Assembly (NCBI GenBank): GCA_026770705.1
Contig: JANJGN010000034.1
Span: 11,470,001 to 11,534,000, forward strand
Origin: Isurus oxyrinchus
Lineage: Eukaryota
Length of the DNA: 64,000 bases
Direction: 5' to 3'
Shown: in pieces, positions 1-11,485 of the stretch
Layout of the letters: every line of letters starts with the position of its first letter
How positions within the stretch are numbered: position 1 is the stretch's first letter
Position numbers and translations under genes: made by a program
The notes under the pieces: generated by a model
Told to the model about the DNA's origin: nothing
What the model saw: only the letters and a program-made list of their open reading frames with translations
The model's database searches: none

Positions 1-486
1 TAATGCCAGTGCTGTAGAAGCCAATGCTGCAGCTGTACTGGAACAGCATGGCTAGGGTCGCAGCAATTTGAGAAACATAAGTCTTCAGTTCTGTTGCCGG
101 AATATTGTCAGGGCCCAAAGCCTTTGCAGTATCCAATGTCTTGAGCTGTTTGTTGATATCTCATGTAGTGAACGGAATTGACTGAAGACTGGCACCTGTA
201 ATGCTGGGGAACTCCGGCGAGGCCGAGATGGATCATCTTGGCACTTATGGCTGGAGATTGTTCCAAAAGCCTCAGCCTTATCTTTTGCATTCACGTGTTG
301 GTCTTCCCCATCATTTCGAATAGGGATTTTTGTGGAGCCTCCTCCTCCAATGAGTGGTTTAGTTGTCCACTACCATTCACAATTGGATGTGGCAGGACTG
401 CAGAGCTTAGATCTGATCCGTTGATTATGGAATTCTTTAGCTCTGCCAAGTTAGCAATGATGGCACCAGAATTGAACCTGGGGAGA

Positions 487-870
487 TTGTGGTGCAGTAC
501 CATTAACACTGTATTCGTAATTCAAAGGCCCAGCATAAGGCCCTGGGGACATGGGTTCAACTGCTACCACAATATCTAATGGACTTTAAATTAAATTAAT
601 AAATCTGGAATATAATGCTAGTCTCAGTAATGGTGACTCACCAGGGCAACTATCAGTCATAGACAGATAATCAAGCTGGTTCACTAATGTCCTTTGGGGT
701 AGGAAATCTGTGGTCCCTAACACTTATGGCTTCCAAACACACAGATATGTGGTTGACTCTCAACTGCCTTCTGAAGTGGCTTAGTAAGCCATTCAGTTCA
801 AGGGCAATAAGGGATGGGCGGCAAATGCTGGCCTTGCGAGTGACACCCACATTCCATGATTTTTTTAAAA
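487..870 (+). mobile_element. Shark tRNA-derived SINE (SacSINE1/Deu-domain-like); copy 2 at ~41773-42157, fragment at ~32400-32620
   Basis: A/B-box-like head (gtggtgcagt.., gggttcaac). The 3' tail agggcaataagggatgggc..aaatgctggcc is shared with the LINE above. Confidence 0.7.
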
Positions 871-1659
871 ATAAATGCCAAGGTCTCCTGAATCTGATGA
901 TTTCTAATCACGTTTGTTGAATACATATGTACATTTGGAGTTCAGGGATGGAGAGGATATGATTCCTGCTGTGAGCTGCAATTTTAAAATGTGAGATCTG
1001 TACAAACCTGCTGGGCACATACAGCAGTATGGTTGCATCAAAATGTATTGTTCTGAGAAAAAATATCTATTAAAATTTGAGTTGGACAATTATGATTCTT
1101 TCCCTCAAACCAGTCTGAAGTTCATCTTTTATCGGATTTAAAAATAAACTTACTAACTTCATTGAAAATATTCGTAATGAAACCCGAATTTTCACTGAAG
1201 CATCACACAACCGTTCAAATACTACGTACAACAAACTCGTATGCATTACATCATCTGGTGTTCCCGCTCGTAGAATTAAGATTGAGCCGTTATGTCTAAT
1301 GGCTTCTGGGATCATACCACAATAAGTTCATCACCCCCAAAAGTTAATTCATTTAAGATTAGTCTGTAAACAAAGAAGTGTATAGCCAACAAATACTGTT
1401 CAATACTATCAATTATCAATGAACATGTATTGTATGATGAGTTCTGTCTCAAAAACATCTAAGTATTTCGAGTATACTTATTTAAATAAATAATCTCTGA
1501 GGCAATATTCCTTGGCAATGAAAAAGTGTTGAGCTATTAGTTTACATGTTTCAGTAAATAATCCTTATATGCAAACAATCATTTATTTCCCTTTTCCAAT
1601 CTGAAATGTAGCAGGTATGGTGATAAGTTACAAAAATAATGATCTGTTGGAGCACCTGC

Positions 1660-4600
1660 AGCTACCATTTAGATTGTTTCGGTCACTTGTTACTCTGCAA
1701 AAGGAGTTGAATGCTTGGCACTTGAATCGTCCATCAGACCTAATCACTAGTGATATATAGTGAGAAATATAGTGAGAGTTCTATTACCACCACTTAGATC
1801 AAAGCTGCTATCCGTAATAATAGCGCGATTATCCTCAAGCCACTGATATGAAACTGCAATGCCTGATACGATGCATGTCAGATGTCAATACGGTGTCATT
1901 GTATTTGACTGTGTTGGTGACATTGGTGATAATATTAGGTTTATAAACAGGTTCTGTCAAAACACAGGAAAGTAGGTATCAGACCTTAAAAGTAAATTTG
2001 GAGGATGGTGGATTTAGCTCCAAGTTCTAAAGGCAGCATTTCATTTTGAATTTTCATCTGTTGTTTCCTTTCGGTAATAATTCCTGTGATGCTGGTGTTA
2101 ATAATTCTACGATCTTTATCCCCACCCCACTACCCCCACGCAACCCCCACCTCCCCCTCACCACACGTGCCCCGCACACCCACACCCTCCGCCCCCAACG
2201 AGGTAAACCTGTCTCCTTGAATTTATTGCTCACTTAGAATATCAACTTAAATAAATTTCCAATCATGAAAGGAACATAGCCTACTAAACCAATTACAGAC
2301 TCGGTCCTAAAATAAAATGTCCTCTCCCCGAAGACCTCGAACCTAATGTATTTATTTGAAGATAGAACATGCGTAGAGGTATCTTATAGCAGACTGAACT
2401 GTTGTGGAGTTTCCCAAAATCAGCTCTTCGGATTCTAACTTCGACTCCTAGGATATTTTGATCATGTATGTGGGCTCGCGGGAGAATATAGATTGGGGAC
2501 TGCAACTCTTGTGCACTTACTTAATACATGTTTTAAATCAAAGCCAAATATATATTACAGCTAATACATGAGACATATAGATGATAACTAAATCAAATCA
2601 TATCATCTCAATAATATTTAAGGGAAATACATTTTAACCCACCATAATCAGCAGTTTTTTTTTGCATAAAAAACAAATATCAATTAAAGGTAATCATACG
2701 CACAAACCATTGTAATTACTCAAGATTCTGGAGTGTCTTTGTCTCAAATATAGGGATTCCAAGCTTAGACTGATACTCGTTCTATGGCTGCAAAGAAGGC
2801 CAAAAGATTGTTGACCTATGGGCAACATTACCATCTGTCTGTTTAGAAACATCGCAGCTGAACACAAAAAGGCTTTTGTTATGCATTGGTGTTTGTGATT
2901 CCAAAAGAAAAAGCAGTGAATGAAAATAAGCTATTTATCGGATCAATGTCATTGGTGAGTGCAGATAAGAGACATTTACAGACTAAATGGAAACATTTTG
3001 GTTGGCAGCCTTTCAAATAGTAGGGAGACAATCCAAAGGCTTTTTTGGTTATCTTTGGACTTGACATCCTCGCAACGATTCATGTAGTGTATCCATGCTA
3101 TAATATCAAGCTATATGCCTAATTGCTTTCCTCTATTAATGTTAATTAGTGCGTCTTAAATTTGCAATAATTGTGTCAGGTTTGTCACACGGTGAACTTA
3201 AACCGTGCAAGATCTATCTGTTGATCCCTGAGATTCAGACTGCGCAGCAGAGACCTGGACTCCAGTAATATAACATTCTGCCCTGCTCATCATTCTCAAA
3301 ATAAGAGCCAAACTACTCACTGCAATAAAAAAAGTTTCTCCTCATAATACTTTTGTTTATTTTATTGATTACTTTAAATTGGTGTCCTCACGTTCTCGAT
3401 CCATTTCTACTGGGAATAGGTTCTCCCTAACTACTCTATCCAAACCCCTCACTATTCTGATACCTCCATGGAGCAGTTCCACTGGTGAGAAACCTACAGC
3501 TGGAATTTTAGCTTGATGGCGCAGCTGGGCTGAGTGCCAGTCAGAAATCGGGCTCCAGAGGCTCTTGATGTTTCTCACTGCTCGCTCAGCCTCTCCGTAG
3601 CTTGGAAACGGACAGGCAACTGCTGACAAGAGCGATCCCATTGAGCTTGGCAAATTTTCTAAAGTGCTCATGGAAGGATTGTGGTCTGCAGTGAGACGGT
3701 TTTATCTGGAAACCCATGTGTGTAAAGTATGGCCAGCAGCATCTTGCACGGTTTCGTCCATCACCTCATAAACACAGGGCGGGACTGGTGGACTAATAGA
3801 CTGCAACAAGGCGGCAGCAGCCCGCCGTTCGCATGTAGGGTGTTGAAAGGAAGACACAGGGGTCCGCCCCTATGTCGTCAGTGGCCAGGCTGCCCCCTGC
3901 CTCTCACTCCAGCGCGTTTATGGGCCGGCAGCTACTGCAACGCCAACTGGGGAATTAGCAAATTAACTTTTTCAACACTTCTTTCGCGTGACCGCCGTGC
4001 ACCAGGGCTGTGCTGGAGAGCGCTACCTCGAAACAGGAAGTGCTAAATGTTACCCGCGCTGCGGCAAGGCCATAGAGACCGAGCATTTAACGTCTGAGCT
4101 GTGCACTCGCTGCCCCTCCCCAGCCACCAGTTAGCACAAAGGAAGTCACTATTGTCACAAGCATAGCGAGGTGCTATTCCGTGTCGGGGGCCACCCCACA
4201 CTCCGTCATATCACCTCTGAACCAGCATTTTGAAAATGACACAGGCACTGTTCCAACATGGGCCACTGGACGTATTCAGGTTTCTGGGCAGTTCAACTTC
4301 CACAAAGTCACAGATTCTTGAAATTCTCCATCCCTGATGGTGTCTGAATAAATCAACACCGAGACCGTGAGTACCGATCCACCCGATAATAGGAAGCCCG
4401 TGCAGTGTCCATTCTCCAGGTGTTCTTCAAAAGCAGGAAAGCGGAAAATTGTGATCTTTGAACAACTTGTTTGGAAAAGGTCAGGACACCGGAACATTTC
4501 ACACAAAAATGCCGAAGACACGAGATATTACTCCCAGATCAAGAACTGGCACGTTGCATGGTGCTGCGCCCACCCAGTTAAGTGGGACCGCTGATTGTCT

Positions 4601-5826
4601 CCCGCTCCAGCAATGTCTCAAGTTTGAAAAGGTTAAATGGCACTAAGTCCGAGTCACCTCTTAATCTCCGTGAGCCCCTTCTGTCCCCTGAAATCACTGC
4701 GATCCTCCAATTCTGGTCTCTGAATTACCCCGAACATTAATCACTCTTTCACGGTCGGACATTGCTGTTCACCTGCCTCAGTCCTAAATTCAAGAAATCC
4801 GATCCTGAACATTTCCACTTCTCTACCTCTCCCTGTTCAATAAGCAGCTTAAAACCGTTCCCTTTCACCGAGGTAACAGTCACTTGTCCTCTTTTTTTGC
4901 CCGGTGTCAAATTGAATTTAGTAACAGCGCTAAGAAGCAGCTCGTGACGCTGTGTTAGGTTAAAGGCCTATATAATTGTTAGGTTGTCTCGTTTTGTTTA
5001 CTGGCCCTGTGTTATTGAAAGGATGACCTTAAATCGCCAGTGGGTGGAATTTCTCCCTGAGCCGGCAGCACAAATCGGGTGCGGTCACTTTGGCCGCCCA
5101 TTAAAGCCCGTCGCCGTACCCCACGGCTCTTCCCCACACTCTGAATATCGGACCCCTCTCCGGCTTAGATCTGGTTTCCCGTTCCTATTTAGATCATTTG
5201 ACCTCCTGGCGAGCAGGAGGCTAACGGAAGACGGCCGGCGACAGGGAAGTAATGCGATAAAGGCCGCAGACTCCTTCTACGTTCAACTGCGGCAGCAACA
5301 CTGGGTGCTCAGCTCTGAATGGACGGAGGTCAAGTCCGATGTTTATCGTCCCTCCCTATTCCAACGACAGACTGACCGATACCTTTCTCCCTGAATACTC
5401 AGTTCCTATACCCCGCCTCAGTCGACGGCTCCACTGGGTTTGCGGGGGGTGGGGGAGTTGGTGGGGGCGGGGGGGCTGGGGGGGTGGGGCGATGGGGGCG
5501 GGTGGGTGGAAATGCTTTGCCTCCGACTGTCACATTTATCTGAATGTTTTCTTTCAAGGTACTTAAACCCTGGGGATCAGCTAAGGAAAGGTAATCACAT
5601 CAGTGAAGCGAAGCGGCCAAACTCGACACGGCATTTTCATTTCTAAACTGATAATTCCTGTTATATTTTAACCTGATTCTCTGACAAGCTCTTTTTGTCT
5701 TCCTTCTCTATCTTTAAAAGAAATCATCGGAGAAATTGATACTCACCTTCATCCATTAATAAGCAAAGAGCGACCACAGTTAAAAGGGGTCTGATCAACC
5801 CAAGAAAACCTCGCCCACTGTCACAT
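1660..5826 (-). pseudogene. Gene A, copy 1 (5' half: leader 5826-5747, N exon 5580-~5300, A exon 1953-~1660; remainder off-window)
   Basis: Same exons and lesions as copy 2. The ATG at 5826 is followed directly by TGA and is one base out of frame with the hydrophobic leader. Confidence 0.85.
3460..4620 (-). mobile_element. Degenerate Gypsy-type LTR retrotransposon integrase in a gene A intron (copy 2 at ~44745-45210, shortened)
   Basis: Frames give ..EHFRKFAKLNGI.., GEAERAVRNIKSL and GFSPVELLHG, matching the integrase core (F..NGI.H..SP..P..NG.AER.V..IK; G.SP.ELL.G). Confidence 0.8.
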
Positions 5827-5834
5827 TCTCTGTA

Positions 5835-5955
5835 CAACTCGGTGACTGACCCGCACTTCCTGGTGTGCAGAACAGATCAGGTCAATCATTGGCTAAAGCT
5901 GCAAAGCTGATTGGACCGAGTGCTTTTAACCCGACTGGAAACCTCACTTCACAGA
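5835..5955 (-). promoter_or_regulatory. Putative proximal promoter of gene A (copy 2 at ~46430-46550)
   Basis: Directly upstream of the leader: ETS-type CAGGAAGTG (5862-5854) and two CCAAT boxes (5892-5888, 5914-5910); no obvious TATA. Alignable to the sequence upstream of the gene B leader. Confidence 0.5.
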
Positions 5956-5987
5956 AAAGCAGCTGCATATACATTCGAAATTAGGCT

Positions 5988-6124
5988 TGGCCTAAATAGC
6001 CAAGTGGTTATGGTACTGGGTTTGTAACCTCAAGAGTTCAAATCTCACAATGGCAAACTATGAAACAATGTAACTTCATCTGAATAGGAACAGATGGAAA
6101 CGTGTTTGTACTCGAAAGAGTTAC
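5988..6124 (+). mobile_element. Short tRNA-derived SINE (copy 2 at 46583-46719)
   Basis: A-box tagccaagtgg, anticodon-like ggtttgtaacc (Thr-TGT-like), B-box gagttcaaatc, then a ~70 nt tail. Not a complete cloverleaf. Confidence 0.65.
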
Positions 6125-7229
6125 TTCAGAAATTATTGAAAATATGCAACGAAGTCGGTTTATTGTTAGTTGAGCAATTAAAACATTTCTCCAGGAATTA
6201 AAACATTAAAACATTTTAAAAAAATCTCCGGGAATGTATTGCTAAAAGGTGAGTTTCAACTGGAAATGATTATTCCCTGGCCTACAATTTTAATCTAATT
6301 GGATAGTCCATTCAAAGGTTCCCGCTGATTGGCCTCCTTCTATAGTGGTGGGGGACGGCGGGGGAGGAGGAAGGTGCATGGTGTCATTTATTCATTATGT
6401 TTTGCGGCTTAGTTGTCAACATTCTCGCTGTGAGCCGGTACGTTGTGGGTGCCATTTCCCACTCCCGCTGTCCGCCACTCTTATGTGGCCTGCAGTCCTT
6501 CCAGTTCTCCACACGGGTCACGACTGTGAAAATAAACAAAAAGAGACATACATTCGTGTTCAGATGCTGTGCTTTTGGCATTGCTGTTCCCCGCCACCAC
6601 CCCCCACCCACCCCCGACCCCCACAGCCCCACAGCCCCACACACCCCACCCATACCCCGCCGGACGAGTTATCATACCAACAATGAATGCTCCTTCGGGA
6701 GGCAATTAAAAACGACCACAGATTAGAAGAAGCATGAATTCTTGGCAGTTTGGCAACATGTCAATCAGAGGATATCTGGGAGCTTCAATCGAACATTTGG
6801 CCGAACATTTCACAAGCAAGCATGTCGGCAGCAGATCATCCATGACGTGGCACATCCGGAGTTCAATGTTCAGGTGCAGGAAGGGTAGGGGATGAGGTAG
6901 GATTGACCAAGGGTAGGCCCACAGATTACTGACTTTCTGTTTCCGTGTGAAACCTATACTTGGTCCTACGTATTATATAAAAATTTTACGAAGCTGTCTT
7001 ATTACAGAGAGCATATTTGTCCTTGCACTCGCTCTCTGAAAAACCACACTCAGTTTAGTCAGTCTTCTTGTCATGCGTTTGTGCCCTTCGTATTGCATTG
7101 CGCATTGTATCCAAATAATCGTTCAGCAGTATCGAAGTTGAGTATTGCTGAAAAATTGACATGCAATCAAACCTTTTCCTCTTCCACTCATCTGAATAGC
7201 TCGCAAAAATTGTAATGCGGGAACAACAA

Positions 7230-9450
7230 TTTATACTGCATGAGAAGAGAGTGTTGAATGGTTGGCAATAGGATTCTGATTAATGGAGTTGTTGCCATGG
7301 AGAATGCAGCATGGGACAGTTAGCTGCTCAGCTTTGTTAAAATTAAAGCCAGGCAGGACAACTCTGATTATTGTAGTTGTTGCCCTGGGTAATGAAGCAG
7401 CGAATGAATTTTCCATAAACATATCTTCAGATGCAAGAAGGTGCAACATGTGAAAATGTTCATTTTGGTTGCAAAGGACAGCAGCCTGTGAGTGAATATA
7501 TGTGAGCTCTAGGAGACACAAGTGAGCCACACTGCCAGCCTGACCGATAATGGTAAATTGCATTTCAGCGTAATTCTTCGCACAATCAGGATTATTTGGC
7601 AGCTGTTGTCCTAACGTGGACCTTCGCCCTAAGTTGGACACTATATTTTGAGAGTTTTGCAAGCAAAGCCTGATTGGGGATAGTCAGTACCTTCCTTCCC
7701 TGTTGTGAACAGCTGAAGGGACCTGCTGTTTGATACGACCTTCCAAATGATGGGACGTATCGCCGTTGTACCTGAGAATACACTGGCACTGAAATTCAAA
7801 GACCACATGGCCAATTGGTGAGTTAGGCCAAAAGCCTTTTTGGCTTGATGGCAACGTCCTTTTAGTAGAGATTGCCACCCGGATACCTAATGCATAGGAG
7901 CAGCGTGCTATGCCTAGCTTCGTTTATTTTATTGTGACAACGTACCCTTCCAGGGCAATCTGAAGTAGACTGGGCACTTTTCAGGACTGAATGTGGCAGC
8001 ATAAGGCCCACTACTGAGTTTGTACAATATGCAGCAAAGGATAATTCGTTCAGGGAACATATTGTTCCACAGGATGACTTTGCTGTGCATGGCACATTGA
8101 GTCATTAAAACTGAACTGAGTTCAGTTATGCACCCGTGAAGCCACAAATATTCATACACAGGGCCCTGCCCTTTGTTGAACAAAAGAACCTGCACTGGAA
8201 TTGCTCCTTTGGAAATAAACAAAGCTTATGGAACAGTCATTGGGCAACACATTGACCAATCAGTGTCATCCTGCCTGGATTGATTTTGAACAAAGCTGGG
8301 CGGTTATTTTCACGCTGCATTCAGCATGGCAAGGCTATGGCAATCAGGGTCCACTTGCCAACAAAACTGAATTCTCTTCTCTTACAGTATAAATTCTTGT
8401 TTCCCCATTTCAATAGGAACGGTCTTGGGAGCAATCCTCATGCAAGGCTAACGGAAAGCATTGAGAGCATGTGTCTACTTCCAGAAGTACATTGTATTAT
8501 AACTTTCTGCTCGGAAATTAAGGATGCAAATTGTCTGTAAATTAGGCACCCCCATTACTGAGCAATTCGATCACTGGTCTATACTGACAATTTGCTCAGG
8601 TTTCCATTTACTTGAAAAGTTCGTAAAATGCTAATCTGCCTCTCAATCCCAGTAAGTGAAATTTCAGATGTCGAAGTAACTGATGAAACATTTTAAAATG
8701 CGTATATTTTGAGGTGTCATGATTGAATTGCTTAATTGAGCCTTTTTCTGTTGTGCTTCTTTGTTCAATCTTTAATTCAACTTTTCTCAACATCTCCCAA
8801 GTGCACGACTTGAGTTTCCATTTTCCTCCAATGTTTAGATCTTGGGAGATCACTTTGGATTCTGCAGTCTCTGATACCTAATTTCCCAATTCGCATCGAC
8901 TATGCTCAATCAGCTAAAGTGATGATATTTGCAGGGAAACTGTGGTCTAACACACAGTACAGTACATTGAACAGTAAAGGCCACCAAGACAGATTCAGTA
9001 AATTTCCCTTCAGCCCACCCAGTCTTCAGTGACCACTGTGAGTCACAGTTACTCAGTGGAACTCTCTCCCTCACGAGGCACTTTAACTCATCACTTTCGA
9101 AATCCAACGCCTCTTCTCCTGAGTAGCTTTAGTTCACAGGGTTGAAAATTCTGCAATCCGAACACAAATTACTGGCATACTTCCAGCTCTTTTGCAGATG
9201 GCTAGTTTCACTAAATTGGCACTGCTGTGCATTACTACAAACTTAGTCTACCAGTTGCACTGAGCTATAAATGGTTTCCAAGGTTTCTCTGCGCCCTAGC
9301 TGCCTCACACAGAACCAGCAACATTCCACGACCATCTGAGCTCCCAGTTCTTCTCTGAACCTGAACTGCCTGGAGTCTGCTCAGTGTTCTGAAGCATCAT
9401 TTGACTACATCAACTGTTTGAAAGGGGCACTGCAGTTCAGTTCTGATCAT
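7230..9450 (-). mobile_element. Highly decayed Gypsy-type element, gag and integrase remnants (copy 2 at ~47820-50040)
   Basis: gag-like DFESDELKCLVRERV..CDSQWS (~9100) and pol-like VYEYLWLHGC and LPSS..WP..IGHVVFEFQ (integrase PW..I..D.F.F region), in the expected order. Confidence 0.55.
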
Positions 9451-9519
9451 GTAAGATGATATGAGATTACATGCTGCATGATTTCTGGATAATGAGTGAC
9501 CAGGCCTCACCATCACCTG

Positions 9520-9965
9520 AACCGAATGAAGTGAAAAATGATGAGGACTTCAGTTACATGTTTAGATTGCAGATGCTCTGCTTGCCCTCCTGGGAGACAA
9601 AAGATCTGATATCGGTAACATGATAGATAAGCATAAATATCATGAAGTGTATGGACAGAGTTTTTTAGCGAGAGGCTGTTTCCTTTGATGGAAGCATCGA
9701 GAAACACAGGACACTGATTTATAGGGAATGGGGAATGAGGAGACGCTTCTTTCATTAGTGGGTCGTTAGGATGCAGAATACACTGCCAGAGACTATGATG
9801 GAGGCACATTCAATCATGGCTTTAAGAAGGCTTTTGTGCCAAAAAGGAAAACATATGGGGAAAGGGTAGCGTAGTGGCATCACATGCAATTCTGTCACAG
9901 AGAGGTGGCACAGATATGGCAGGCTGAATGGTCTCCCTCTATGCTACAAATATTCAATGATTCAC
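9520..9965 (+). mobile_element. CR1 LINE 3' remnant
   Basis: CR1-type 3' end ending ggcacagatatggcaggctgaatggtctccctctatgct..caatgattc. Confidence 0.55.
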
Positions 9966-11199
9966 GGAGGAATTTCAACATGAATCGAAGGAAGAACAAG
10001 TACGGTATTAAGCAACATACCCCCTTACGTTAGTGAGGATATTGCCTCCATATAACAATGTTCCACCTCCCCTCACCGCAGCACCCCATGCAAAACCAAA
10101 CAACATGTGTTGCAATACAGAGAATCGATCTTCGTTGGTCCGTTTTTTTTTCAATTCCACCAATAACTTATGCCTTTGTTCACAAATCCCAAGCCGTGCA
10201 AACTCTGTTTCTAACTGCCTCTGTTGAATAGAAAGCTCTCATTTTACTTGTGCGTCTAATGCTTGAATGCGGTTAGTCAGAAGGAAGTCCAAATGTTGCA
10301 GCCACTTGTACGGCAAAAGTGGCTCTGCAAACAGATATTTTTCACTTCTTATCTCACGATCTCACCTTTCCGCGGATGGAGTAATAATTAGTCAGAACCT
10401 TTTAGAATACTGACATGGTTCTCAGAAATTGGACCTTTCAAAATTACACTCACTGGTCTTATAGTTATTGAGCGGGGAAGTATTGTTTCATGAGTAGCTG
10501 ACAGCGGTGCACAATCCAAAGGGAAGACTCATTAGACCATCCTCTTTGACATTTATCCTGCAGCCATGAGATTATCGCGATTTCATGACCATGTTATTTT
10601 ACTGAGGTGAAATGAATTACTCCTAAATCAGGCAACGTGAGCAGCAACATTGTTCGTTTCCTGGGACTTTTCATGTGGATAGAAGCAACACAAAATCATT
10701 CGAAGCCAATTTTCAGTCCCTCGTATTTTGTGCAACATTGTCAGGAGTGGCCAATTATCTGACGGGCAGGAAATGGTGACTGGGGTATATACACATTGAG
10801 GAGTTTTCTGCTCGTCAGTACTTAAAAGAATAGAACTTGCCTAAGGCGGATGGAGACGGCAAAGCAGCCAGTATGCCATGAAGTGCAATAACACTAGTGG
10901 AGGAAAAGGTGGGAGGTATGGCTCACCATTGTTTGGAAGCTGCTTTCAGAAGCGATGCAATATAATACGTAGAATTTAAGCTCTTAGCAGCTAAGTTGAC
11001 CGATCAGGGCCGTGCCAGCTTCCATGGTCCGAATGAAAGCCCTCCCACACTTTTTCACCTAAACCTTATCAACAATCTCCACCATATACTTGGCCAGCTT
11101 CTCCCTAAATTAATCGATACTGCTTGACTCAACACTCCCTGTTGCCAAGTCCCATATTCTATGCATTCTCTAGTTGTACAGCTTTGACCTGAGTTCCTT

Positions 11200-11485
11200 C
11201 TCTCTTCAGTCACCGTGCTGCAAGAAACGGGTTGGCGACCATGGATTTGAACGAATCACATTGTTTCTCAAAGTGCTGCAGTGGTTTGCCATTGCCTTCT
11301 GCAACATGGCTCAACAAGACAGTCTCCTGCTCCGACGGACTGCTGTGTGGCGTGTTGGAAAGGGTTAACAGGATACTAATCAACCCGCCTGCCCACCATA
11401 TGAACACAGCATCTATTGCCATCACGACTTGGAGTGAGATTTGAACCAGGGCCTTCTGGCTCAGAAGCAGGGGCACTTACAAGCA
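11200..11485 (-). mobile_element. tRNA-derived SINE remnant
   Basis: Reverse complement has a tRNA-like head (ctgcttctgagccagaaggccctggttcaaatctcactcc) and a SINE-like body. Confidence 0.55.

Noticed and set aside
1070-1363. ORF with NGSILIL, a possible extra IgV exon (also 42356-42601)
   Set aside because: Lacks the W and D.G.Y motifs and has no convincing frame from the nearby acceptor; too weak to call.
4984-5394. 136-aa + strand ORF conserved in both copies
   Set aside because: Non-ATG start, antisense to the decayed N exon and a repeat, no recognisable domain. Conservation simply reflects the recent duplication.
5988-6056. Functional tRNA-Thr gene
   Set aside because: Acceptor and anticodon stems are incomplete, the variable region is shortened, and a SINE-like tail follows.
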